Position numbers and translations under genes: made by a program. From Acidobacteriota bacterium (GTDB lineage Bacteria; Acidobacteriota; UBA890; WLXD01), in assembly GCA_963666055.2 (NCBI GenBank), contig CAXWPH010000015.1, positions 544,001 to 608,000 on the forward strand: a stretch of DNA of 64,000 bases, written 5' to 3'. Position 1 is the first letter of the stretch, and the number at the start of each line of letters is the position of its first letter. Shown piece by piece: positions 30,480-39,316 of this stretch. Below the pieces are notes generated by a model. That model ran no database searches. It was not told the origin of the DNA and saw only the letters and a program-made list of their open reading frames with translations.

Positions 30480-31891
30480 CGGATCAAATACCACTCGGTC
30501 TGCCGTCCAGCCGGGTAGACCAACCCGTCGCGGGTGAATGCGGTCACCGTTTCCGAGTGGAGGCGCACGACCAGACCCTCCCACTCCGGGACGGGGTACT
30601 CGATGTCGATCTCCAGCGCGTAGACCGTATCGTACTCCAGCGGGTGGTCGGCGCTAGTGAGGCGATAGTGGAACGGTGGGCCACGCAGGTCGTAGCGTGG
30701 ACCCCTGTCGCGATCATCGCCCGGATCGTCCGGCGGCTCGTCGGTGATGGCAGTGCCCGCGAAGTAGTGGTCGCGAGTGAAGAAGCCGCCGTTGAGCTGG
30801 TAACGCATGAACCAGTAGCTGATCGGGTGCGCGTAGATTCGTGGCCGGATACCTTCTTGCCTGGCGCGCGCCGAGGCCGCCGTATCGATATCGCGGCCCG
30901 TGCGCCGGTGCTGCATCTCTTCGCCGATGATGTCTTGCAGCCGGTTGAGGTGACGCATCGCCTCTTTCAGGCCTGCGGGCGCGTCGGTCTCGCCCGGCAG
31001 GAGCACGTAGGCGGCCTGCTGGGTGTCGGTGTTGATGCCGAGGTAGCGGATGCCGGTGTCGTTGAACAGCAGATCGCCTCGCCGGATGACGATGTCCATC
31101 CCGTTGCGCGGGCTGGTGTCGATGCGGAAGTACTCGTCGGGATCGCCGTACCTGGCACGCTCGGCGCGGCTGCGCTGCACGGTGACCGTCGGGTGGTCGT
31201 CGGTGTCGATGCCGAGGTCGATGTAGCGCTGCCGGATCCACCAGTTCAGATCGTTGGTCGTGGTGACGTCAGGCACGATGACCCGGTTCGAGTAGCCCTC
31301 GCCGATCACGTCGTGGGCAACTCCGATGACATGGCGGAAGATACTGATCTCCTCTGGCGTACGGGCCTCCAGCCACCAGATCGCCAGATCGGAGTCGGAG
31401 GTCAGGCGATCGGCATACGGGGCGCCGATGCGTCGCGCCAGCTCGGCCCGATGATCGGCGCCGAAGCCGTCGTTGATGACGATCCTGTGGGGATTCCGCG
31501 CCTGGACGATGCCGGCCAGATCGTCGAAGCGGGCGCCGGTGCGCTCGACACCGGCCTCCGCGCCGCGATCGTGAAGGACGATGAACGGCGTCCATTCGGC
31601 GACGTGACCATCATCGTCACTGGGCAGCAACGACAGGTAGATCGGCCCCTCGTCGTTGCGCACGATCCACATGTCCGCCCCCGCCCGCCGCATGACCGTG
31701 GGCAGCACCGTCGCGACCTTTCCCTTCAACAGGCGGTCCATGAGCTCAGCCTGTGCGCGCGTCCCGTAGACGGCCTCGACGTCGCGGACCGAGCTGATCC
31801 CGTGAGCCCGCTCCTGGCCGGCGCCCGGACTGCCGCCGGCCGCAGCGGCCATGACTAACAACAAGGTTGCAAGCAACAAGGACTTCCGCAC
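30476..31891 (-). CDS. Exported M24 metallopeptidase, paralog of 8911-10281
   Basis: GTG after AGGAG; shared blocks VIVPDVTTT..NWWIRQRY..DHPT.TVQRS..DTQQ..YAH. Confidence 0.85.
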   Translation of the reverse strand: MRKSLLLATLLLVMAAAAGGSPGAGQERAHGISSVRDVEAVYGTRAQAELMDRLLKGKVATVLPTVMRRAGADMWIVRNDEGPIYLSLLPSDDDGHVAEWTPFIVLHDRGAEAGVERTGARFDDLAGIVQARNPHRIVINDGFGADHRAELARRIGAPYADRLTSDSDLAIWWLEARTPEEISIFRHVIGVAHDVIGEGYSNRVIVPDVTTTNDLNWWIRQRYIDLGIDTDDHPTVTVQRSRAERARYGDPDEYFRIDTSPRNGMDIVIRRGDLLFNDTGIRYLGINTDTQQAAYVLLPGETDAPAGLKEAMRHLNRLQDIIGEEMQHRRTGRDIDTAASARARQEGIRPRIYAHPISYWFMRYQLNGGFFTRDHYFAGTAITDEPPDDPGDDRDRGPRYDLRGPPFHYRLTSADHPLEYDTVYALEIDIEYPVPEWEGLVVRLHSETVTAFTRDGLVYPAGRQTEWYLIR

Positions 31892-31916
31892 GGCAGCACT
31901 CCTGTTCAGATGCGTG

Positions 31917-32194
31917 CTAGCAGACCGTGGTGAAAGTGTGGTGGGTCTGGTTACGGCGAGTTGGGGCCAGATGCAAGGCGGCCTGACACAGGCGATGCCC
32001 TGCCATCGTCCAGGAAAGCCAACACCGCAGATGGCCCCAAATTGCCGTAACCCTTCGGGCGACAGGGGGTTGCGCGCGTATCCTGCGTCGTTCCTCGTCA
32101 ACGATGGGCTAACCATCGCCTCCTCCTCTCTCCTTGCCTCCACTTCGCAAGACCCTGTCGCCAGACCCACCACACTTTCACCACGGCCTGCTAG
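31917..32194 (-). mobile_element. MITE-like element copy C (278 bp, inverted relative to A)
   Basis: Reverse complement aligns end to end with 16789-17066; 34-bp TIR with 1 mismatch; CTAG ends. Confidence 0.85.
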
Positions 32195-33177
32195 CGAGCG
32201 CTCGGAGTTAGCCGCAGCCCGTTGACGCGGCCGTCCAGATCCCACGCAGGATCGATCTCGATTCCCAGATGCGCCAGCGCCGTTACTGAAACGTCGACGA
32301 TGTGGGGCGTCGCAGTCAACGCGCTCGGATCGGCGGAGGGACCGCTGACCAGGTAGTAGATGGTGAGCTCCTTCTCCGAGTTCTCGCCGTGGCCGCCGTC
32401 GTCGCGGCGCCCATGATCGGTGCTCGAGAGAATCAGCCAGTCCTCCTGATCATAGGTCGGCCGCGCCCGCACGGCGGCCAACAGCTCACCCAGCTGACCA
32501 TCGGCGCGCTCGATGGCGGCTCGGTACTCCGGTGCCAGGGAGCTCGTCTCGTGAGCCACCTCGTCGGTGTTGCCCAACGAAACGAAAGTGGCGTCGGGAT
32601 CGGCGGTGCGCAGGTAGTGGGCGGCAATCGCCACCGCCTCGGTGTCGGCATCGAAATAACCCATCGTGCCGCCATCGATGTTTACCATCACGTCCACGTT
32701 GCGGCTGATCATCGGGCCGCCGTCGGCCGTGGTCCCCATAACCGGCCAGTTGATCACCGTGTAGGTGTTGATCTCCGGGCGCACCTGCTCGATGCGAGTC
32801 AGGAAGTCGGGGTACTCGGCATAATGGTTGCCGGTGAACACGTTGCTCTCGACTCCGTGTTTGTCCATCCACACGCCGGTCACCATGCTCGACCAACCAG
32901 GGCCACTGACGGTGATCGGGCGGGTGCGGGCACTGGCCGAGAAGGCACCCGCGGCGATCAGCGCGTCGAAGTTGGGAGTATCTGCTTGCTCGAGGATGTC
33001 GACGCGAATCCCATCGAAGCCGATCAGCAGGACCTTCTTGCGTGCTTGCGCGGCCGACCGGGGCGCGGTGACATCTACGGCACCGGTACCGGCGGCGTCT
33101 TGCGAGGGTGAGGATGGCACGCTCGCCAGTGTGCCGACTACGAGCAGGAGCGGCGCGAGGAAGGCACGAGCAAACAT
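32191..33177 (-). CDS. Alkaline phosphatase superfamily (phosphodiesterase/nucleotide pyrophosphatase)
   Basis: LIGFDGIR, TVSGPGWSSMVTG, DEVAH, STDHG, GGHG. Confidence 0.88.
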   Translation of the reverse strand: MFARAFLAPLLLVVGTLASVPSSPSQDAAGTGAVDVTAPRSAAQARKKVLLIGFDGIRVDILEQADTPNFDALIAAGAFSASARTRPITVSGPGWSSMVTGVWMDKHGVESNVFTGNHYAEYPDFLTRIEQVRPEINTYTVINWPVMGTTADGGPMISRNVDVMVNIDGGTMGYFDADTEAVAIAAHYLRTADPDATFVSLGNTDEVAHETSSLAPEYRAAIERADGQLGELLAAVRARPTYDQEDWLILSSTDHGRRDDGGHGENSEKELTIYYLVSGPSADPSALTATPHIVDVSVTALAHLGIEIDPAWDLDGRVNGLRLTPSAR

Positions 33178-33281
33178 CGAACACTCCCGGGTTATGCGGT
33201 CTCAGGCGTCCATCCTATCGGATGTGCGGCACGACATGCTGGGCGAGCCGCACCCGTCGACCCAGGCAGCAGCATGACCCT

Positions 33282-34982
33282 CTACCAGAGCTTGTCGACC
33301 TCATCGGTGAGACCGGTCATCTCCCAGTGGATCAGGGCGAACGGGATCTCCCCCAGGGCGAACATCTCGTCGAGGAACTCACCGAAGTCGAACTCGTCGC
33401 CAAGTTGCCTGGCACGCGCGGTGAGGAGCTTCTCGAACTGGGTCGCGCCGAGTGTGTAGGCAAGCTCGTATCCCGGCGCGCGAACGGCGTCCCGCTTGTG
33501 GTCCCACATGGTGAAGCTGTCGGGGATGGCCCACTGGAACGGGCTCATTTCGGCGTCGTACTTGGTCCAGCCAGCGTAGTCGTGCTCGTTCGCCTGGAAC
33601 TTCAGATCGCCCATTCCGCGCGCGTCGCGATAGGCGGCGGTGATATAGACCAGCTCCCTCACTCTGGGCCGCTCGTCGGCGATCCCGCCGTTCATCAAGA
33701 TCTCCGCGAGGCCGGACGCGTATCCCTCCCGGCGAGTGTGGGTCATCTCGTGGAGCCGTCGGGCAACCCGGATCGGAGACAGATGATCCTTGGGTCGGAG
33801 GACGTCGAGCTGATGACCCATGTTCTCGTGCACGACCTCGTCCAGCGGGAAGAGGAATCTGACCCGCTCGGCAAGATCCATCGGATCGCTCTCCGTTCCA
33901 AAGGCCTTGCGCAACGGCGGCGACATGTCCAGCCCTGCGAGCTCGGCGGCCAAGCCCAGGTACCCGCCCCAGCGGAAGAACTCCACCAGATCATTGCCGG
34001 CCTCGGTATACCCGCCGAGGTACTCGGCCTCGGTCGCAGCCGGCTCGAGCGGGGCCAGGTCACGGTTGCGATAGCGCTCCAGTTCGAGGGCCGACATCGA
34101 CCGGTCGTACCTGCTGCTCAGAATGGCCCAGGCCTCGTCCGACGTGTACGGCACCAACCAGACGTTCTTCAGCCACCAGTCGAAGTTCTCGCTACCGACC
34201 CCCGTTGGGGCGGTCATGCGGTCGAGGTTGGCCGCTATCCAGGCACGGTAATCTTGCACTGCCACCCACGCGGCCTGCGCGTCGGGTACCGCCTCCGGGT
34301 GGTATTCCTTCATGAGCTCCACCAGGTCCTGTAACAGCACCCCCTCCTCGTCCACGGAGCGGATGCCGAGTACGGCCATATCGTGCTTGGCCTCTTCGAG
34401 CACGATGTTGGTCTTGCCCTGCGCGAGGATCCTAGGCAGCGCTCGGAGCCTCACCCGGTAGGCTCCGAGCTCGTCCTCGGACAGCGGCATCAAGGGCCGC
34501 GCCGAGAACCCGTAGCGAGCGATAGAGCCCGCCTCTTCGCCGACCTCCTCGCCAGACGGCTGTCTGCTCGAGAAGCCATAGAACGGCATGCCGGTGGAGG
34601 TGGGAGAACCCCAGTAGAAATCGGGGCTAGTGGACCAGGGCTTCATCACCCGGTGGTAGAACTCCAGACCGTTCATCTCGGCGCGCACCAGGTGGTAGTC
34701 GATCTGCTGCGAGACCGGCCAGGCGCTGATGTCGAACGAAGCCAGTCGTCGCTGGTACTCGCGGAGCTCGCGGTACTGGCGCTCCATTGCCTGGACCGAG
34801 TAGTCGGGTACTCCGTCGGTCAGCGTCGGCTCGTGGAATCCGCGGAACTCCTCGAACAACGCGGTCAGGTCGCGATAGCTGCCAGTCTGAGCTCTGCCCT
34901 CGGCCGCCTCGGATGCCCCGCTCGCAAGGGAGACCAGGCTCACGGCGACTAACAAGGGCAACGTACCGCATCTTCTGCGCAT
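33282..34982 (-). CDS. Exported DUF885-like protein (HExxxH), copy 1
   Basis: Signal peptide; DYHLVRAEMNGL, VHENMGH, REGYA, GEIPFALIHWE. Confidence 0.7.
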   Translation of the reverse strand: MRRRCGTLPLLVAVSLVSLASGASEAAEGRAQTGSYRDLTALFEEFRGFHEPTLTDGVPDYSVQAMERQYRELREYQRRLASFDISAWPVSQQIDYHLVRAEMNGLEFYHRVMKPWSTSPDFYWGSPTSTGMPFYGFSSRQPSGEEVGEEAGSIARYGFSARPLMPLSEDELGAYRVRLRALPRILAQGKTNIVLEEAKHDMAVLGIRSVDEEGVLLQDLVELMKEYHPEAVPDAQAAWVAVQDYRAWIAANLDRMTAPTGVGSENFDWWLKNVWLVPYTSDEAWAILSSRYDRSMSALELERYRNRDLAPLEPAATEAEYLGGYTEAGNDLVEFFRWGGYLGLAAELAGLDMSPPLRKAFGTESDPMDLAERVRFLFPLDEVVHENMGHQLDVLRPKDHLSPIRVARRLHEMTHTRREGYASGLAEILMNGGIADERPRVRELVYITAAYRDARGMGDLKFQANEHDYAGWTKYDAEMSPFQWAIPDSFTMWDHKRDAVRAPGYELAYTLGATQFEKLLTARARQLGDEFDFGEFLDEMFALGEIPFALIHWEMTGLTDEVDKLW

Positions 34983-35015
34983 GACGGTCTCCTGCGATCG
35001 GTTGAGCTGGCGCGG

Positions 35016-35044
35016 ATCATACGCAGTGGCCGGCACGATCTCAC
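35016..35044 (-). promoter_or_regulatory. Sigma70-like promoter of DUF885-like copy 1
   Basis: GTGAGA-N17-TATGAT, conserved with 37531-37559. Confidence 0.55.
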
Positions 35045-35159
35045 GCCCAAGCGGATCTTTCCCGCTGTCGCGCTGAGCGCAGCGGCCAGCACATTGTGCG
35101 CCAGCTTGCCGTGCTCTACGGTGAGCTGTCTGCCCTCGTCGTCGTCGCGGAGCCCAAGC

Positions 35160-35762
35160 ATGACCTTCCAACTTGTCGTTGCGATCGGCGCCTTGCTGGC
35201 GTTTTCCCTGCCGGGCGCACCGTCGAGCTTGCTGCCACAAGCGGAGCAACTGCGAGTTCGTATCGAGACCGACCTGGGTGCTTTCGAGGTGGAGCTCGAG
35301 GCGTCCCGTGCGCCGGGGACCGTGGCCAACTTCCTACGCTACGTCGACGCTAGCCTATACCGCGGCGGACGCTTTCATCGCACTGTGACGCTCGACAACC
35401 AGGTCCGCGACGATGTCCTGATCGAGGTGATCCAGGCGGGCCCGAATCCGGATGACGGGGAAGGATTCGACCCCATCGCGTTGGAACGCACCCGAAATAC
35501 CGGCTTGCGCCACCTTGACGGAACCATCTCCATGGGGCGTGGTGGCCCGGACAGCGCTACCGGCGACTTTTTCATTTGCATCGGTGAGCAACCGTCGCTG
35601 GATTTCGGAGGTACCCGCAACAACGACGGCCAGGGGTTCGCGGCCTTCGGGCAGGTGGTATCGGGAATGGACGTGGTGCGCCGTATCCATCAATCGCCCG
35701 CCGACGAGGGCGAGAGCCTGCAGCCGCCGATCACCATCGAACGGATCAGCCGGGTCGACTGA
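35160..35762 (+). CDS. Cyclophilin-type peptidyl-prolyl isomerase, exported
   Basis: APGTVANFLRYV, FHRTV, VIQAG, HLDGTISMGR, FFI, FAAFGQVVSGMDVV. Confidence 0.92.
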   Translation: MTFQLVVAIGALLAFSLPGAPSSLLPQAEQLRVRIETDLGAFEVELEASRAPGTVANFLRYVDASLYRGGRFHRTVTLDNQVRDDVLIEVIQAGPNPDDGEGFDPIALERTRNTGLRHLDGTISMGRGGPDSATGDFFICIGEQPSLDFGGTRNNDGQGFAAFGQVVSGMDVVRRIHQSPADEGESLQPPITIERISRVD

Positions 35763-35860
35763 GCAGGCACTTTCGCACCCAGCTAGCGCAGCCGACTCCA
35801 ACAACGTCGCTTCGGGCGCAGCAGGCCGGTAACCCAACGAGCTATTGCGGCCATCTCTGG

Positions 35861-37500
35861 CTACCAGAGCTTGTCGACCTCGTCGGTGAGACCGGTCACC
35901 TCCCAGTGCACCAGCGCCAGCGGAATCACACCCGACTCGAGCACCGCGTCGACGAAGTCGGGCAATGCGAGCTCGTCGCCCCACAGGCGCGCCAGGTCCG
36001 CCAAGATCTTGTCGAGTTGAGCTCGGCCCAGCGGATAGGCGACCTCGTACCCGGGCGCGCGCACGCCGTCGCGCTTGTGGTCCCACATCGTTTCGCTGTC
36101 GGCGGCCGCCCAGCCGTACGGTGTTAGCTCGGCCTCCAGCATCGTCGAGCCGGCATAGTCGAGCTTGTTGGCGATGAACATCAGCTCGCCCATGGCGCGG
36201 GCGCCTTCGTGGGCGAAGTTGACGAGCTGCATCTCCCGGGCTCTCGGATTATCGCTGTAGAGGCCGGCGTGCATCAGCATCTCTTCCAGTCCGCTGGCGA
36301 ACCCCTCTCTACGAGGGTGGGTCATCTCGTAGAGGCGCCGGGTCGCACGTATCGGAGAGCGATGGTCCCGGGAGCGCATCAAATCGAGAACGTGACCCGT
36401 GTCCTCGTGGATGATCGCCTGCATCGGATTGCGCGACGAGACCTGAGTAAAGAAACCCATCGGCTCGCCGATCCAGTCGGCCGACGGCGGCGTCGCCCCG
36501 ACCGACTCGAACTCGCTGGCCAGGTTGGAGAAACCGCCCTCCCGGAGGAACCGGAGCAGATAGCTCGCGGCGTCGTTGTAGCGCTGGAGATACTCCTCCT
36601 CGGTGGCAGCGGGCTCGAGTGGCGGCAGGTGACGGTTGCGGAATTGCTCGAGCTTCAGCTGCGCCAGGTTGCGTTCGTACTCGCGACTTGCGATCGTCCA
36701 GGCTTCGTCCCACGTGTGGGGAACCAACCACACGTTCTTGAGCCACCAGTCGAAATTCTCGGCTCCGACGCCGGAAGGCTCGTCCATGCGGTCGAGGTTG
36801 TCGGCAATCCAGGCCCGGTAATCCCTCACCGCCTCCCAAGCACCCTGGGTGACGGCGACCAGATCGGGGTGATGCTGCCGCATACCCTCGACCAGGTCCT
36901 GCAGCAGCATGCCCTCCTTATCCATGGACCGGAGCCCGAGCAGTGCCAAGTCGTGCTTGGCCTCGTCGATGATGATGTTGCGCTTGCCCTGCGCCAGGAT
37001 CTTCGGGAGCGCCCGGAGTCGCGACCCATAGGCCTCGACCTGCTCCTCGTCGAGCGGCAGCTCCGGCATGGCCGAGATGCCGTAGCGTGAAGCCGAGAAC
37101 CCATAGAAGGGGGAGCCGGTTGAGGTTGGCGAGAGAAGTCCGGGCTAGTCGACCACGGCTTCGTCACCCGGTGATAGAACTCCAGCCCGTTCATCTCAGC
37201 GCGAACCAGGTGGTAATCGATCTGCTGGTCGATTGGCCAGCCGCTGATATCGAAGTCCGCCAGACGCCGTTGGTACTCGCCCAGCTCGCGATGCTGGCGC
37301 TCCATTGCCGCCGCCGTGTAGTCGGGGACCCCGTCGTTGACCACGGGCTCGTGGAAAACCCGGAAATCGTCAAACAACGTCAACAGATCTCGGTATCGGC
37401 CACCCTGAGCTCGGCTCCCGGCCGCCTCGGAGCCGCCACTCGCGAGGGCGAGCGCGCTCACGGCTACCAGCAAGAATGTTGAGCCGGATCTTCTGCGCAT
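35861..37500 (-). pseudogene. DUF885-like protein copy 2, frameshifted near 37133
   Basis: N-terminus (MRRRSGS..STSPDF) and remainder (SPTSTGSPFYGF..HEDTGH..TDEVDKLW) lie in different frames; both collinear with copy 1. Confidence 0.75.
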
Positions 37501-37530
37501 GACGCCTCCGGGTTGATTGAGCTCCGGTGG

Positions 37531-37559
37531 ATCATATGCAGCCGCCGACGCGATCTCAA
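37531..37559 (-). promoter_or_regulatory. Sigma70-like promoter of DUF885-like copy 2
   Basis: TTGAGA-N17-TATGAT about 30 nt upstream of ATG. Confidence 0.6.
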
Positions 37560-37614
37560 AACGTGCCGCCAACCCGTCGGCCCTTTGGCGGCTCGAAGTC
37601 CTCTGTGTACAGCA

Positions 37615-37790
37615 TGGCGTTAATACATAGTAATAGTTAGTTTTAGATAGATATTCATGTTATTAGTGGTTATTACATCTTATTTACTGCAATTAAATCT
37701 AAAAAGTTTGTTCCAGTGCTTTATGGCTTTTATATCCCTGACTTGCTTTGTTAAAGTGCACTCTGGAATCTGACTTTCACTACCCACGGA
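37615..37790. other. Strongly AT-rich intergenic tract
   Basis: e.g. TAATACATAGTAATAGTTAGTTTTAGATAGATATTCATGTTATTAG in a GC-rich context. Confidence 0.8.
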
Positions 37791-37800
37791 GTCTTTCTCC

Positions 37801-38835
37801 ATGGCGTTTCCTGTTCGCGCTCGTGCTTTGGCAAGCGCTGTCCGACCCGAACTGCTCATCGTTTTTGCGCTGTTCGCAATCACCGGCATCCTGGATCGGA
37901 TTGGCGTGCATCAGATTATCGTTCTGAACGGCTTCTATCTGCCGGTCGTTCTTGCCGCGTACTTCTTCGGCCGGGCGCGCGCTGTCGTCACATCCACCGC
38001 CTCCGTCCTGCTGGTGACTTGGTATGCGTTGTCGATTCCCGGGTCGTTCGAGATCGGCGCCAACGCCGGGCTAGACAAGTGGCTCGGTATCACCTTCTGG
38101 GGCAGCTTGTTGACCTTGATCGCGGCGGCGATGGGCCATCTGTACGACGTCAAGCGTGAGGCCTTCGGCGAGCTGCAGCACGCCTACAACGGCATCGTCG
38201 AGATCATGTCGAAGTTCATCGACACCGCCGACAAGTACACCCAGGCGCACTCTGTGCGAGTTTCGCTCTACGCCTCCGCCATCGGTCGCCGCATGGGTCT
38301 GGCCGACCAAGAGGTCGAGGACATACGGGTCGCCGCGCTGCTGCACGATATTGGCAAGATCGATGTCAGCGTCGACCTGCTCAAGAAAGTCGGAGGCCTG
38401 AAGCCGGAAGAGTGGCGTCAATTACGCCAACATGCGGCCCACGGCGCCTTGATGGTAGACCGCGTGGGAGGCGCCCTGCGCTCCGCCGTGCCGCTGATCA
38501 TGTACCACCACGAGCGCATGGACGGCAGCGGCTACAACGGCCTGAAGGGTGAGGACATTCCGCTCGGCGCTCGCATCATCGCCGTCGCCGACGCCTTCGA
38601 TGCAATGACCACGGACCGACCGTATCGCCGCGCCCTCGACCGGCAGTTTGCCTGCGGAGTTCTGCAGGAGGGTGCCGGCACCCAGTTCGACGAAGATGTC
38701 GTGGTCGCCTTCCTGGCGACGCTCGACGACCCCGAGGAAGGGCTCCACGACATCCTGGAGCCGCCGGAATTGCACAGCGACCGGCCGCGACTCGTGGCAT
38801 TAGCGGGCGGCGCACCAGAAGCCAAGGCCAGCTAG
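37801..38835 (+). CDS. Membrane-anchored HD-GYP domain phosphodiesterase
   Basis: N-terminal TM helices; TQAHSVRV, LLHDIGK, HHERMDGSGYNGL, IAVADAFDAMTTDRPYR. Confidence 0.9.
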   Translation: MAFPVRARALASAVRPELLIVFALFAITGILDRIGVHQIIVLNGFYLPVVLAAYFFGRARAVVTSTASVLLVTWYALSIPGSFEIGANAGLDKWLGITFWGSLLTLIAAAMGHLYDVKREAFGELQHAYNGIVEIMSKFIDTADKYTQAHSVRVSLYASAIGRRMGLADQEVEDIRVAALLHDIGKIDVSVDLLKKVGGLKPEEWRQLRQHAAHGALMVDRVGGALRSAVPLIMYHHERMDGSGYNGLKGEDIPLGARIIAVADAFDAMTTDRPYRRALDRQFACGVLQEGAGTQFDEDVVVAFLATLDDPEEGLHDILEPPELHSDRPRLVALAGGAPEAKAS

Positions 38836-38915
38836 CAACTGGCCGGAGCAGCGGCGGCAAACGCGTGTAGCGCACTGCTAGCGCGCACGTGAAGATCGAG
38901 TGGGTTGGCATTAGC

Positions 38916-38949
38916 CTCGTATACTAGGTATACTTATCTAGTATACGAG
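38916..38949. promoter_or_regulatory. Inverted-repeat operator upstream of padR-like gene
   Basis: CTCGTATACTAG..CTAGTATACGAG perfect 12-bp arms (15 bp with one mismatch). Confidence 0.7.
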
Positions 38950-38990
38950 AGATAATAATTCCCAGAAGCCGGTGCTGCTTCGGAGCAAAG

Positions 38991-39314
38991 ATGACCAGCC
39001 TTCGCCTCACCTACACGACCGGGGTAGTGCTCCAATCTATCGCCGCCGGCTACCGCTACGGCTTCGACATCATGGATATCTCGGGGTTACCCGACGGCAC
39101 GGTCTATCCGGCCCTACGGCGACTCGAGGATGCCGGCCTGCTGACCTCCGAGTGGGAGGACGAGGCCCGGGCCAGCGCCGAGAAGCGGCCGCAGCGCCGC
39201 TACTACGAGCTCACCGGCGCTGGGGAGCTGATGCTGACGCGAGCCCTCGACGGGTTCCCAGCCTTGCGTCGCGCCGTCGCGGCGGCGTCCGAGGCGCAGG
39301 TCAAGGGCGCCTGA
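38991..39314 (+). CDS. PadR family transcriptional regulator
   Basis: YGFDIM..GTVYPALRRLE..GL..RRYYELT..G. Confidence 0.92.
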   Translation: MTSLRLTYTTGVVLQSIAAGYRYGFDIMDISGLPDGTVYPALRRLEDAGLLTSEWEDEARASAEKRPQRRYYELTGAGELMLTRALDGFPALRRAVAAASEAQVKGA

Positions 39315-39316
39315 GC

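Noticed and set aside
31892-32245. 118-aa N-terminal extension of the M24 ORF, and small ORFs at 16832-17066 and 30278-30469
   Set aside because: They are translations of the MITE; the real start with RBS and signal peptide is GTG 31891
38972-39316. 1009-aa permease ORF starting at 38972
   Set aside because: The extension overlaps the clear PadR gene in another frame
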